A stretch of 63,381 nucleotides of DNA, filler included, from Octopus bimaculoides (Eukaryota): assembly GCF_001194135.2 (NCBI RefSeq). It is 3 parts of 3 records of this genome, joined end to end, with 100 filler letters (N's around TTAATTAATTAA, not from the genome) between each part and the next. Parts side by side here need not be neighbours in the genome. Positions count along the whole stretch, not along the records: positions 27,278 to 58,695 come from NC_068982.1; 2 more parts are not named here. One strand, given 5' to 3'. Shown here piece after piece: positions 38,136-50,779 of the stretch. The notes under the pieces are model-generated. The model had not been told where the DNA came from. It made no database searches and saw nothing but the letters and a program-made list of their open reading frames with translations. Each line of letters starts with the position of its first letter. The stretch's first letter is position 1. A program made the translations under genes and the position numbers.

Positions 38136-38745
38136 CTACCTGGTATGAATATATTAGCATAAGTATATGTACAAGGCTGTCTTAATCGAATGTTGTATGC
38201 TCATGTGTGGGTCAAGCAAGTATCTTTATTTTTCATCACAGCATCAAACTGTTGAACAGTAAATACTCTCTACCCACGAGTTCTTGTTGAATGAAAACTA
38301 TTCCTGGAAATAGTGCTTCTGTTTTATGTGATGCATATCAACAGTTTTAAAATCTTCAAATATAATAGAAACACGGAAAAACCCAACTTTTGCAATTTCT
38401 GCATTACAATAAAAATATAAGAAAATATATTTACATACAAAACATACTACTATAATTACATACGTACAGAAAAACTTGCTAAATGCTAAAAAAAAACCCA
38501 AAAAACAAAAAAAAAACGTTTTCACGTGCTAGGCATCCAGGCAACTCTAGCTACTTCTGATTGTGTGTAGTGTGTGGTTATTTGTCGATCCCAAAGTTGT
38601 TTGTGCTGTCCCCCTCTTTGTACACCCCTTATGGGAAATAAAACAGTGTGTATGTGGTTATACACACACTCACATAAATGTACTGTAGCTGTCACTGGCA
38701 AGCGAATATATCTTGATAGTATCTACCATGCTTTCGTCAATTGTT

Positions 38746-38850
38746 TTAGGTAGCTATGAATATGCGAGTCAACATAAGACCCTCCCAGGCACCTCCATCC
38801 TCAGCATATTGGAATATCTCGTATGTGATGGACGGAGTGAAAAAGAGCAC
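38746..38850 (-). CDS. Candidate terminal exon, chain 1 (VLFFTPSITYEIFQYAEDGGAWEGLMLTRIFIAT*)
   Basis: Acceptor ttaataacag, phase 0, GC above background; ends in TAA. Confidence 0.25.
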   Translation of the reverse strand: MLFFTPSITYEIFQYAEDGGAWEGLMLTRIFIAT

Positions 38851-39230
38851 CTGTTATTAACTTTCAAGTAATCAAATCAATGTAAAATGAAATTACTTTG
38901 TTCAAAGACGCAAAGCACCAATCGGTTCAGGAAGCGAATTCACGACCTTTTGATTGAGCTTGATCCTGACACCTTAACTACTAGTCCAGGCACCTTCACA
39001 GTATATTCGTACATGCATATGGATGTATGTATAATATTTAGTGTAGGTGTGTGTGTGTGTGTGTGTGCGTTTACATGTGTCGCAGGTATATATCAACGAA
39101 GGATAAAGTAGCGGCGGAAAAATGACAAACTGTCAGATATGTAGTGGATCAGTTACTAGCTCGTTGGTGATGACATTGTTCACTGATATCGGTAAAAGGT
39201 AAACTTATATACNNNNNNNNNNACACGTAC

Positions 39231-39264
<34 letters not shown>

Positions 39265-39357
39265 GTATATATACATATATGTACACATACATATGCATAC
39301 ACACATACGTATATACACACTCACTCTCTCTCTTACATACACACACACACATGCACA

Positions 39358-40174
39358 CAGGGTGCGGTGAATATATTGTCGTCTAAATTACGCAAAAATG
39401 AAAATAACACTGACATCTCATTTTAACAGATATATTTATCAAAATTACATTAAAATTTCTTGAAATACTAAAGATTAAATTTATTCAATAAAATCGCCAG
39501 TGGCTTCAACCACGGCCTCCTGCAACTCTTCTGGACGGTCTCCTTGTCCAAGTTGGTGAATGATGCCATAATCCTTGCCTTCAGTTCATCTTTGGTGTTA
39601 CAAGGAGTTTTGTTGGTCTGTCGCTCAACTGCGCCGCACACATAATAATGACGGAGGTTCTAGTCTGGGGAGTTAGGAGGCCAGATGTTAGAGGTGGTGT
39701 GTTCGCAGAAATTGTCCGGCAGCTATGACTGGGTTCTCCTGCTTGTGTGGCATGGTGCAGAGTCCTGTTGCCAGACATAGGATTTTCCAGCAGTCACCCT
39801 TTCGATCGAGGGCAGTATTACCCCCTCCAGGCACTTGAGGTAGGTCTCTATGTTGAGTGTGAGGCCGTGTGGGAACATGAATGGAGGCATAACATCGCCA
39901 TCACTAGTGATCACTCCAAGCACTATGATGTTGACTGTATGTTTGATTTTCATCACACTCGGTACATGTCCTCAGATTGACACCGAAACATTCTGAAATG
40001 TTCGTATTGAAGCTTCGGCGCGAATGCCAAGCATTACAGCATATCGTTTCCAAATTTCTGGCAGAGTGCCCAACTGACTCTATTATACTGAGTAATCGAC
40101 AAAATAAAAAGAAAACAATGCGCATGCATGAAATTAAAAATATAAAATCGCGACAATTTACCCATTGCACCCTG
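39358..40174 (-). mobile_element. Internally deleted Tc1/mariner element with DD37D (maT-like) spacing
   Basis: Imperfect 24-bp TIRs cagggtgcggtgaatatattgtcg / cgacaatttacccattgcaccctg. Peptide YVWQQDSAPCHT...IWPPNSPD*NLRHYYV has 37 residues between the second D and the third site (now CAT, one change from GAT). Confidence 0.88.
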
Positions 40175-40176
40175 TT

Positions 40177-40247
<71 letters not shown>

Positions 40248-40743
40248 AAGGCGAAGTCAATGCTGGGGCAAACAGAACACAGAATGTAGAATTTTCAGTC
40301 ATTTAGTCTGATACTGATCATTTCCGAAAAATTGACTGCTATATCCAAGTAAATAATATTTCCTAAAGCACAAAGTAAATTTTCGCTGGGTAAAGAAAGT
40401 ATACCAAGCTGAACAGACCTTACCAATTAACCTAATTGCTGATTTCGTCGATAGCAAAGGGATAAAAGTCAATTTCTGCCAGACTTGAACTCAGAACGTG
40501 TAGGTATGAAATGAGAAACTGGTAAGTATTTAGTCTTGTACGCTACGTAAACTGTTAATCCCTTAACTCACTGTTACTTGGAATGACACAGCCAGTGACG
40601 ACCGCAGTATATTACATGCACTAAGGTAATGGGCAGAGTCAATCTCAGTGCAATTTGGTTTCTGAATGGAAGTTGAAGTTACTAAGCACGACAAATAAGT
40701 ATCAGTACGCTAAGGTTTTCTTCTTTTCCATCACTGATAATAA

Positions 40744-41179
40744 TCTCTTCTATTATAAGCACAAGGCCTGAAATTTGGAGGAAGGGGGATAATCGATTAC
40801 ATTGATCCCAGTGCTCGGCTGGTACTTATTTTATCGAGACCGAAGAACGAAAGGCAAAGTCGTACTTACAGGAGTGTGAACTTAGGACATAAAGACGGGC
40901 GAAATGTCGTTAAGCATTCTATTGGGCGCGTTAACGATTCAGCCAGCTTGTCGCCTTAATTAATGATCTAAAATTTTAGCACAAGGCCAGTAATTTCAGG
41001 ATAGGGGGCAAGTCGATTAAATCCATCTCAGTACTTGACTGGTACTTATATTATCGGCCTCAAAATGATGGCAGGCAACGTTAACCACATTGGAATCTGA
41101 ACTCAGAAGGTAAAGACACGCGAAAGCAGCTGAGCATTTTGTCCGGTTGCGAATAATTCTGCCAACTCGCCACCTTGAA

Positions 41180-41222
<43 letters not shown>

Positions 41223-41487
41223 CTTTCTATTATAGGCAAAAGGCTTAAATTTTGTGGGTAAAAGGTTGAGTTAATTACATCGTCCCCAGCATTTGACTAG
41301 TTCTTATTTTATCAACCTCCGAAAGAATGAAAGGCAAAGAAGACTAGGGCAGAATTTGAGTGTAAAAACATTTTGTCCGGCGTGCTAATGATTCTGTCAA
41401 TTCGACACATTAATAATGGTTTCAAATTTTGACAGAAGGCCAGCAATTTTGTGGTAGGGGATAAGCTGATTACAAAGGTGCTAACAC

Positions 41488-41554
<67 letters not shown>

Positions 41555-41783
41555 TGATAATAATAATAATCCTTTCTACTATAGGCACAAGGGCTGAAAC
41601 TTTGTGGAAGTGGACTAGTCGATTACATCGACCCAGTGTTTCACTGGTACTTAATTTATCGGCCTCGGTAGGATGAAAGGCAAAGTCGACCTCGGCGGAA
41701 TTTGAACTCAGAACGTCAAGGCTGACGAAATGCCGCTAAGCATTTTGCCCGGCGAGGTAACGATTCTACCAGCACGTCGCCTC
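40744..41783 (-). mobile_element. Head-to-tail cluster of four full and one partial family A SINEs
   Basis: Copies at about 40744-40957, 40962-41176, 41221-41410, 41416-41480 (partial) and 41571-41783, with (GAT)n/(AAT)n tracts between some of them. Confidence 0.88.
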
Positions 41784-41837
<54 letters not shown>

Positions 41838-42450
41838 TTATTATTTCTTTATCAACCACAAAAGGTTTACATTAAAAAACATTGTGGACAACACAATACA
41901 AATAGAATGTGGGTGACACAGAGGTCGTGTAAACAACGAAAAACAATCGATTATTACAACAAAATTCCCCAAAAGAGCGAGACCTCCTAGGACTTCTCGT
42001 AATAATTGAATAATATTTAGAAATATTGTTAACATTGTCATAAAAACTCTGTATGCCTCAGTCCTTGACTGATGCTACTTATTTTATCGACTCCAGGACA
42101 TAAAGCAAAGGCGGTCCCAACAGAATTTGCACACAGAAAGTTCTTAGAATTGGGTAACAGATATAGCTAAATGCCCCAAAATAATTAAAAACTAACTTTT
42201 AAGTGGATACAGTCGTTAAAATTGACGCCAGGACTTCACTGGTACGTTATCGACCCTAGAGGGATGAGTAGGAAAGTTTGTATCGGTAGAGTTTGTATTC
42301 ACTTATTAAAAAAATAGGTGGCTTGTTGCTTAATTTTGGCAACATGCCTCATATTTTGGGATGAGCGTGTAACTGAATTAACTGATTCCAGTGATTATTT
42401 TACCAAGCTGAGAACAGAAACATCATTATAACATTATCATACTTTAAACA

Positions 42451-42660
42451 AAAGCAGCGAAATGACAGAATCGTTACACAAACGAAATGTTTGGTGACAT
42501 TTTTTCGGGTCTTATGTTCTAAGTTAAAACTGCGACGGTGTCAACTTTGCCTTTCAACCCTTCGGGCGCATTAAAGCAAGTAACAGTTGAAAACTGGCGT
42601 CGATGTGATCGACTAGCCCCCGCCCTACAGAATTGTTGGCCTTGTGTCAAAATTTAAAAG
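42451..42660 (+). mobile_element. SINE family A, diverged copy
   Basis: aaagcagcgaaatgacagaatcgtta...caactttgcctttcaaccc. Confidence 0.75.
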
Positions 42661-42975
42661 AAATTAGCTTTAACATTGGGCACTCCCATACATATTTAGT
42701 GGTCTGAGAGCACCGTTTAAAATTTGATTCACTATTTCACTGGTACTTTAAAATTACAGAAGAATGAAAGCTAAATTTGCGCCACTCTAGTGATGACCAC
42801 AGCAATAACGATAGAATAAACATTTAAAAAAATACATTCATTAATTAAGATTAAGGATTTTCAGAACAATACTAATACTGAAGAAAAAAAAAAGAAAGAA
42901 AAACCTCAAAAACACAAAGCAAAACAAAACTTATTCACTCAAAGTAATAGATATAAAAAGCATATTTTCTCTTAC

Positions 42976-43070
42976 CGCAAATATTTTCTTTCTCATTCCA
43001 TGAAAAAAGAAATCCAGCAATATTTTGTGTAAATAACAGAAGAGAGATTTTGGACCAAATACTTGGTTGT
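42976..43070 (-). CDS. Candidate 95-nt exon, chain 1 (NQVFGPKSLFCYLHKILLDFFFHGMRKKIFA)
   Basis: Acceptor cttaactctcttcacttcag, donor gcg|gtaaga, phase 1-0 open. Confidence 0.4.
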
Positions 43071-45279
43071 CTGAAGTGAAGAGAGTTAAGTTGAAGTTTA
43101 ATAGTAGTGGAGCTACATTATCGTATGAGCGAACGAGCGAGCGAGCGAGCGAGCGGGTATATGGGTGGGTGTATCTGTGCGTATGTACATGCAAATGTAT
43201 GAATGTATGTATGTGGGCGTGCGTGTGTGTGTATGTATGTATGTATGTATGTATGCATGTATGTATGTATGTATCTCTCTTTATATTATATATGGTATAT
43301 AAAAATTATTCTATATATACATAAAATATGTATTCAACGTACATATACATACACGCATATTATATATATATATATATATTTACATATATATACATATACA
43401 CATATGTGTGTGTGTATATAAATAATGTATATAAATTAAACTGTGTCGGGGTTAATATGAGTTACGCCTTTGTTGTGGCTGGCAGTGAGTCTCTTTGTAT
43501 CTATGTGTGTGTGTGTCTTTGAGTATATGTACGGCAGATGGCTGTGTATTTCTGTGTGTATTTGTTCGGATGTGTGTGTGCCTGCATGTGTGTCACCGTG
43601 TGAGTGTGTGTGTGTGTGTGTTCGCGCACTACAGCATATTTGGATGGACAGCGTAACGGTTAATACTACTCGTTCTGACAAGCAGTCATTTCGATGTCTT
43701 ACAACCAATAGTTTGTAGTAAGGATTCCGAAGCTAGGAAGGACTGTGTTGCCAAGATATACGTGTGTTTGCCATCAAAATGCTATTGACGACTATGTTTT
43801 GCTATTAGGAATGTACACAGCTTCGTGTATGTCTGTGCGCACGAGCATAATATATATATATATATATATATANNNNNNNNNNNNNNNNNNNNNNNNNNNN
43901 NNNNNNNNNNNNNNNNNNNNNNNNNNNNNNNNNNNNNNNNNNNNNNNNNNNNNNNNNNNNNNNNNNNNNNNNNNNNNNNNNNNNNNNNNNNNNNNNNNNN
44001 NNNNNNNNNNNNNNNNNNNNNNNNNNNNNNNNNNNNNNNNNNNNNNNNNNNNNNNNNNNNNNNNNNNNNNNNNNNNNNNNNNNNNNNNNNNNNNNNNNNN
44101 NNNNNNNNNNNNNNNNNNNNNNNNNNNNNNNNNNNNNNNNNNNNNNNNNNNNNNNNNNNNNNNNNNNNNNNNNNNNNNNNNNNNNNNNNNNNNNNNNNNN
44201 NNNNNNNNNNNNNNNNNNNNNNNNNNNNNNNNNNNNNNNNNNNNNNNNNNNNNNNNNNNNNNNNNNNNNNNNNNNNNNNNNNNNNNNNNNNNNNNNNNNN
44301 NNNNNNNNNNNNNNNNNNNNNNNNNNNNNNNNNNNNNNNNNNNNNNNNNNNNNNNNNNNNNNNNNNNNNNNNNNNNNNNNNNNNNNNNNNNNNNNNNNNN
44401 NNNNNNNNNNNNNNNNNNNNNNNNNNNNNNNNNNNNNNNNNNNNNNNNNNNNNNNNNNNNNNNNNNNNNNNNNNNNNNNNNNNNNNNNNNNNNNNNNNNN
44501 NNNNNNNNNNNNNNNNNNNNNNNNNNNNNNNNNNNNNNNNNNNNNNNNNNNNNNNNNNNNNNNNNNNNNNNNNNNNNNNNNNNNNNNNNNNNNNNNNNNN
44601 NNNNNNNNNNNNNNNNNNNNNNNNNATATATATATATATATATATATAGTTTATATATATATAGTTTATATATATATATAAGAACACATGCATATATTAA
44701 TATATGTAAACACACTCACTGACATGCACACATACATATATGTAGGTATGTATTTATGTATTTATTTGTATATGTATAAATGTGTGTATATGCGTGAGTG
44801 TATGTATGTAATACAGACATGCACACATACAAAAACGCGTGCGCACATGCACAGTTAAAATAAGCACACTTACTTTTTAAACAATACAAAACAATAAAGT
44901 ATATTTTGCACAAGTGGTTTTGTTAACTTTAAAAAAATTTTTGTTTTGAAAAGTCACCAAAGATTGAATGCCTTGTCTACCTCACGATTCTCTAATTCTT
45001 TCTTTAAGAATTTAGCGCTACTATTACAGAACTTTTAACTTCTTCGTTTCAAACTTACAGCATTTTTTGGAAGTTACTTTCAGAGTAGCCTTTAGTAGAT
45101 GTGTAGTTAAAAGCAGTTGTAGAAGAGTCTCTTCTTAACCGCCCGAACTAGTCATTTGCGGTCCTGTGAACCCTTTTAGAATCTTCATAAGTGAGGGTTT
45201 TATCAATATGTAGGTCACCTTTATCTAGATCTCTCAACCGGAAAGTTTTGACGTTTTAAGAGCTCATCCTGCCAGCCAT

Positions 45280-45950
45280 ATCAACTTTATTGTTGATATG
45301 TGCTCTCCAGTTGAGATTGTCGTCGACAATTACTCCTGCTCCTTTGGCCTTGTTATAACGTTCGAAGGGAGAAAGTACAGTACGGCTATTTAAGCAAATT
45401 CTCTTTCTTTAAGTGAATGTGCATAATGTTTTGGATTACAGTACATAAGTCAGACTGGAGTTTTATCTCCTCTCCTACTCTGTTGAGAACTTAGAATCCT
45501 TCGTGGAAAATTTGATTTCGCTGTATTAAATGGCATTTGTGATGTTTATGTAAATTTTAAAAAGAGGTTGGCTCAATATAGTACATTATGGGCAACACAA
45601 ATGACTGTTGCTGGGGCTGTGTGAAATTCATTTATCACATGTTGAATTCTACATTAGTGCAGTTGTTTTCTCATGGATTCCATTGCTGGATAGTTTTGCA
45701 GTAGAATGCTTATATTGACACTATCGAAGGATTTATTGAAGTTAAGGTATATGACAGCCATGTTTCAATCCTGTGTTAGAATACAGAAACTGTGATAAGC
45801 AGTCTTTACCACCTGAATCTTATGTTGTTTGGGATGTGGGAAATAATTGTTCACCGAAATCTAATATGTTCTTGATATCACAACTACTTCAGTTATTTTA
45901 ATGATATGAAAGGTGCATGATAATGGTCGGAAGTTTATAGTAAGTGACTT
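45280..45950 (+). mobile_element. Possible third, very decayed Helitron helicase remnant
   Basis: Weak resemblance only (YIDTIE..., SLYHLNL...IIVHRNL versus LPPH.L.LK.G.PI.LLRNL). Confidence 0.3.
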
Positions 45951-46067
45951 ATTTTTGTTGTTGACTTATTCTTGCCAGACTTGATTGGAAAACATTCTCA
46001 TATATGGCCTGCATCTAATGATTTTCTCAAGCAAACAATAAAAGGTGATGTAATATTTATGAATATT

Positions 46068-46281
46068 AAGGCGTCGTGCTGGGAAAAACGTTAGCGCTCC
46101 GGGCAAAATGCTTAGCGGTATTTCGTCTGCCTTTGTGTTCTGAGGCCAAATTGCGCCGAGGTCGACTTTGCCTTTCATCCTTTCGGAGTCGATAAATTAA
46201 GTACCAGTTACGTACTGGGGTCGATTTAATCGACTGGCCCCCTCCCCCAAAATTTCGAGTCTTGTATCTAGAGCAGAAAGG
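46068..46281 (+). mobile_element. SINE family A with 16-bp TSD (1 mismatch)
   Basis: aatatttatgaatatt (46052-46067) / aatatttgtgaatatt (46282-46297). Confidence 0.92.
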
Positions 46282-46852
46282 AATATTTGTGAATATTTTT
46301 TTGTTTTGAAATTTTAATAAAGTTGTTTAAGTTCTATGAAAATAGAACGGTCTTATTTTCGTATTTAATGTCACATATTTTGAAGTTAAACAATTGTCTA
46401 CCTCTATATTAAATTAAATTTTCGGCAATTTTACAAAAAGTCTTGGCCAGCAGGTAACTTGTATAATCATATCTAAAGCAGAAACCTGAAATAAAGATAA
46501 AGGCTCTTATAATGTAAATTGAAATAGCTAAACTTAGAGTTTTTACTATAGGCCCTTAGTCTCAGTTAACATTCAGAGACAATCTCGTTTTATTATTAGT
46601 AAAAAGTTAAAAGTTTCTGACATTATAAACATTTTACTAATCTAACAGATAATGTATGTCTGTATGTAGGTATGTGTGTCTCTGTGTGTGTATGTATTAT
46701 GTATGTATATATTCATGCATGTATATATTTATTTATGTATGTATGTATGTATGTATGAATGTATGTATGTGCGCAGATTTGTATGTTTTGCTTTATGTAT
46801 GTATTCTCATGCACAGTAGTTGCGTATCTAGACATGCTCATATATATATTTA

Positions 46853-47216
46853 AATGATAAACTTCTGGAAAGTTTTACAGATTTTTACAGTTACAGTGAT
46901 GGATTGGATCTGTAGTCATCGAATTAGCTTTCTCCTTTCTGGTTTTGAGAAACCTAATTTCTCAAGATTGGTATTTAGGCAGTGCGTTACATATCCCAGG
47001 GCCCCAATAATTACAGGTATAAACCTGAACTTGGAATCTGGATTGAGTAACTGTAGACTTCTCAATTGTTCAGCATAGTTGTTCTCTTTTTCACTGAACT
47101 TCAGCCTTAAGTCAACATCCGCTGGGCAGCTAATTTCCACAACTGTGCACAGTTTCTCTTTTCTATCCCAAATCACTATATCAGGTCTGTTGTGATTACA
47201 TTTTATTGATATGGTT
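46853..47216 (-). mobile_element. 5'-truncated RLE-type non-LTR retrotransposon (R4/HERO-like), endonuclease C-terminus
   Basis: KCNHNRPDIVIWDRKEKLCTVVEISCP...FIPVIIGALG is the PD-(D/E)xK restriction-like endonuclease signature. Confidence 0.88.
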
Positions 47217-47365
47217 CAGGATGAGCTCTTAAAACGTCAAAACTTTCCGGTTGAGAGATCTAGAAGAGATCTAGAGAAATGACGCAGGTTATATTTAGGG
47301 TGGACTACATATTGAAGACTCAACTATTTAACCTCAACTTATTTAACTTACACTGAGTACATAAA

Positions 47366-47505
47366 AAGCGCATGGTCTAGCCGTTAGGGTATTTGAGTTA
47401 TAATCGAAAGGTTGTGGGTTCAATTCCTGGACCGGGTAGCGTTTTGTGTCCTTAAGCAAGGTACTTCATTTCACGTTGCTTTAGTCTTTTCAGCTAATAA
47501 GGACT
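47366..47505 (+). mobile_element. SINE family C, head plus CORE-like block
   Basis: gcgcatggtctagccgttaggg...gggttcaattcct...gtgtccttaagcaaggtacttcatttcacgttgct. Confidence 0.75.
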
Positions 47506-47848
47506 ATCAATCAGCTACTTCTGCCCTCTTGCCCCTTCAGCCGTTATATTCTGTCTGTTCCGCCGAATAAGTGTGAAGGGACCGAAGTCTTTATTTCTGT
47601 ATTTACATAGGCGCGTAAAAATAGCGAAAGCTGGGCAAATATTATCAAGCTATAATAGTTTGCGAGTGACGATTGACTGTATTATGAATACTAATTGCAG
47701 ATTTTAACCTTTCTTTCCCTTTTGATTTGTACCTTCATTTCCAGCTTACGGTTAAGGCTAGCTATACATCTACTTATATCTATGTTTTTTTGTTTTTTTT
47801 ATATACTTTTATATTTTTTAAACCATAATTATAATTATGCATTAATTC

Positions 47849-48060
47849 AAAGGCGGCGAGCTGGTAGAATTCCCGATAACAGAAAAACACCTTGTGGTAT
47901 TTGTTTTGGCAGTTTATGCTCTGAGTTCAAATACTGCCGTGGTCTAATTCACCTTTCATCCTTTCGTTTCAGGGTTGATAAAATAAATATGAGCCAACAA
48001 TTGGGTCGATATAACTGGCTAGCTCTGCACCCAACACCAAATTGTTGGGCTTTTGCCTGA
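47849..48060 (+). mobile_element. SINE family A
   Basis: aaggcggcgagctggtagaat...ctgagttcaaatactgcc. Confidence 0.8.
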
Positions 48061-49289
48061 TTTATATTTATTTATTTATTTACTTATTTATTTATCAATT
48101 TATTCATTTATTATATTTATCCATGTATTACATGTACTTAACGGCTTTATTAGTTCTTTAATATTGCTAATAATATTTAATATTATCAAATAATGTCTAA
48201 ACTTTATTCTACAGATTTCCTCTGGGCCTTGGGCAATTTTCGAAACGTCTTTATTTTTTTGCATACCTTTCTGTTTCTTCCCCTTATTTTACTTTCTTCT
48301 CTATGCTCTCCAAACCCACCCTCAAAATATACAAGCATGCATTCAAGCATGTATGTATGTATGTATGTATGTATGTATGTATGTATGTATGTATGTATGT
48401 GTGTGTGTGTATGCATGTATATCAATATAAACGTGCGTATATTGGTAGGCGTGAATGTTTTTCGTACACATTCGCCTATAAGTTTTCGTGTGCATCCGTG
48501 TATAAGCGTATATATGTACGTATTCAGATGTGAAAGTATTTTGTACACAATAGTTTATGTATCCATTTACATATATGCTTACATGTTTTGTGTCTATAAG
48601 CATATATAAATGCATACGTGTACATGTATGTATGTCTGTATATGTGTGTGTATGTGTGTGTGTGTGTGCGTGTGTAGGCACGCGTGTGAAAATATATGCG
48701 TTCGAATGTGTGCGCGCGTATATATGCCATCTATATATGTGTGTATACTATATACAGTATATATATATATAATGTGTATGTATATACATATTTACATATA
48801 AGGGCTAAGATATATAGCTCAGAGTGGCCAGTGGCATGAATATGGGCAATAAATGTATATAACGTTTTAGAAGATAAAATCTTTATTAATTGAATTTTTT
48901 CCCTTCGAGAAATAAATAAACAAATGCCTCGTGGCGACCAACTGTCAATGAGAAGTAAAGATGATCTTAAGAATCAGGAATTCTCCGAATCAATATGCTA
49001 CGAGGCATTAATTTACTTCTCACAGGCAGGAAGATTATTTTCAATAGACGAAAAAATTATCTTCTATGGTATAAGAATATATCGAGAAAGGATTGGGAAA
49101 TAGTTTGTAGCTGGTGTTGAAATTTTGGCTACTTTCAGACTTTATTACTTTGTATGTAAGCACCAAAAGCGTTCCCTCATTCTCTATATTCTTAAACTAC
49201 CCACGTTGTATGAACAAAAAAAGTCATTCTATGGATTTCCTCCAGATTGAAATTAATTTCATCTAAAATTCAGATGTAATGTCTGTCAT

Positions 49290-49357
49290 ATATCTAATTA
49301 ATAATATCTAATTAATAATATCTAATTAATAATATCTGTAATATATCTAATTAATAA
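49290..49357. repeat. 14-bp minisatellite (atatctaattaata), about 4 copies
   Basis: Read directly. Confidence 0.85.
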
Positions 49358-49538
49358 ATAACAAGTTAAATCATACTGAAGATTTTGAAAATAATGAAAT
49401 AATGCTTCTTCTTCATATTCCTTAATTTCAGATTCAAGCTTTTAATCTTGTAATGTATTGTGAACAGATGGTCATCTTTCTAGTATTAGAGGCCAAAACA
49501 AGGAGGAACTACATATATTTGTAATATATACCATTATT

Positions 49539-49753
49539 AAAGGTGGCGAGCTGACAATCTTTAGCACACCGGGAAAATTACTTCGCGGCATTTCGTTCGT
49601 TTTTACGTTCTGAGTTCAAATACCGCCGAGGTTGACTTTGTCTTTCATCCTTTCGGGGCAGATAAAATAAGTACCAGTTGAGTACTGGGGTCGATGTAAT
49701 CGACTTAACTCCTCTTCCAAAATTTCAGACCTTGTGCCTACAGTAGAAAGGAT
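49539..49753 (+). mobile_element. SINE family A with 14-bp TSD
   Basis: tatataccattatt at 49525-49538 and 49754-49767. Confidence 0.93.
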
Positions 49754-49880
49754 TATATACCATTATTCGCCCATATTCATATCACTGGCTTTTCCGAGTA
49801 ATTTTTCTTCGTTCTTTTTTATTTAAATTTCTTAAAAATTACACTAAGCCGTTCATGTTTCCTACTCTCTATGTATACAC

Positions 49881-49934
49881 CTGACTCCCACAACTGCTTG
49901 AGTAAAGGTTGGATGACTTCTGTGCTGATGACAT
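49881..49934 (-). CDS. Candidate 54-nt exon, chain 1 (VISTEVIQPLLKQLWES in phase 1)
   Basis: Very strong acceptor (long T run, then ctctcaacag), donor cag|gtgtat, length divisible by 3, 25/54 GC, all three frames open. Confidence 0.45.
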
Positions 49935-50779
49935 CTGTTGAGAGAAAAAAAAAATTCTACATCTATTTGCCTCTCTCCAGAAAACCTCTCTTACTTTAAT
50001 GGATGTGTACACAAACACACGCATATACACCCACACATTCACACGCACACGCATACACACATGCACGCACACGGGCCACACACTCAGACGCAGGTTTGTG
50101 AATGTGTGCCCTTCCTCNNNNNNNNNNNNNNNNNNNNNNNNNNNNNNNNNNNNNNNNNNNNNNNNNNNNNNNNNNNNNNNNNNNNNNNNNNNNNNNNNNN
50201 NNNNNNNNNNNNNNNNNNNNNNNNNNNNNNNNNNNNNNNNNNNNNNNNNNNNNNNNNNNNNNNNNNNNNNNNNNNNNNNNNNNNNNNNNNNNNNNNNNNN
50301 NNNNNNNNNNNNNNNNNNNNNNNNNNNNNNNNNNNNNNNNNNNNNNNNNNNNNNNNNNNNNNNNNNNNNNNNNNNNNNNNNNNNNNNNNNNNNNNNNNNN
50401 NNNNNNNNNNNNNNNNNNNNNNNNNNNNNNNNNNNNNNNNNNNNNATGATATAACATTTAACAGAATAAAAACATTTCAAGGCGTACATTGAAATGACTT
50501 AAAATATATATTTTTTATTCTTGTAGACAAAATGAAGCAGTATTTAATGACTATTCAGTTCCGCTGCAGATCTGTATGGTTCGAAGTATAAGTGACAGAC
50601 AAAAATCTAAGTCACCGGATTGATCAGATCACTTTGTGAGAAATGATCTTTGTGAACCATCATATGTCTCTTCGGACCCGAAATCAACTTTCAAGCCCTT
50701 TCACACACTACACACGTCAAATCACCCGGCTTAAGAGGAAGGACGTTACATACAGTTTATCTTTCATGGGATTTCAAAT

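Larger units (their letters stand above)
36590..38330 (+). mobile_element. Second decayed Helitron Rep/helicase region, interrupted by two SINEs
   Basis: IIFFDASVGTCKIVLICLIL...SGLAASLL (from 37473) and Walker B region LIISDES. The DNA block gacagaaaatatactgtatcaagcacaaga matches the copy near 29685. Confidence 0.75.

Noticed and set aside
38790-38830. EIFQYAEDGGA resembling the sacsin/GHKL ELIQNA.DAGA motif
   Set aside because: The catalytic N is absent and the flanking sequence does not fit; likely coincidence.
40744-41836. Repeat-spacer appearance suggesting a CRISPR-like array
   Set aside because: Units are about 210-bp diverged SINEs with microsatellite spacers in a eukaryotic genome; no cas genes.
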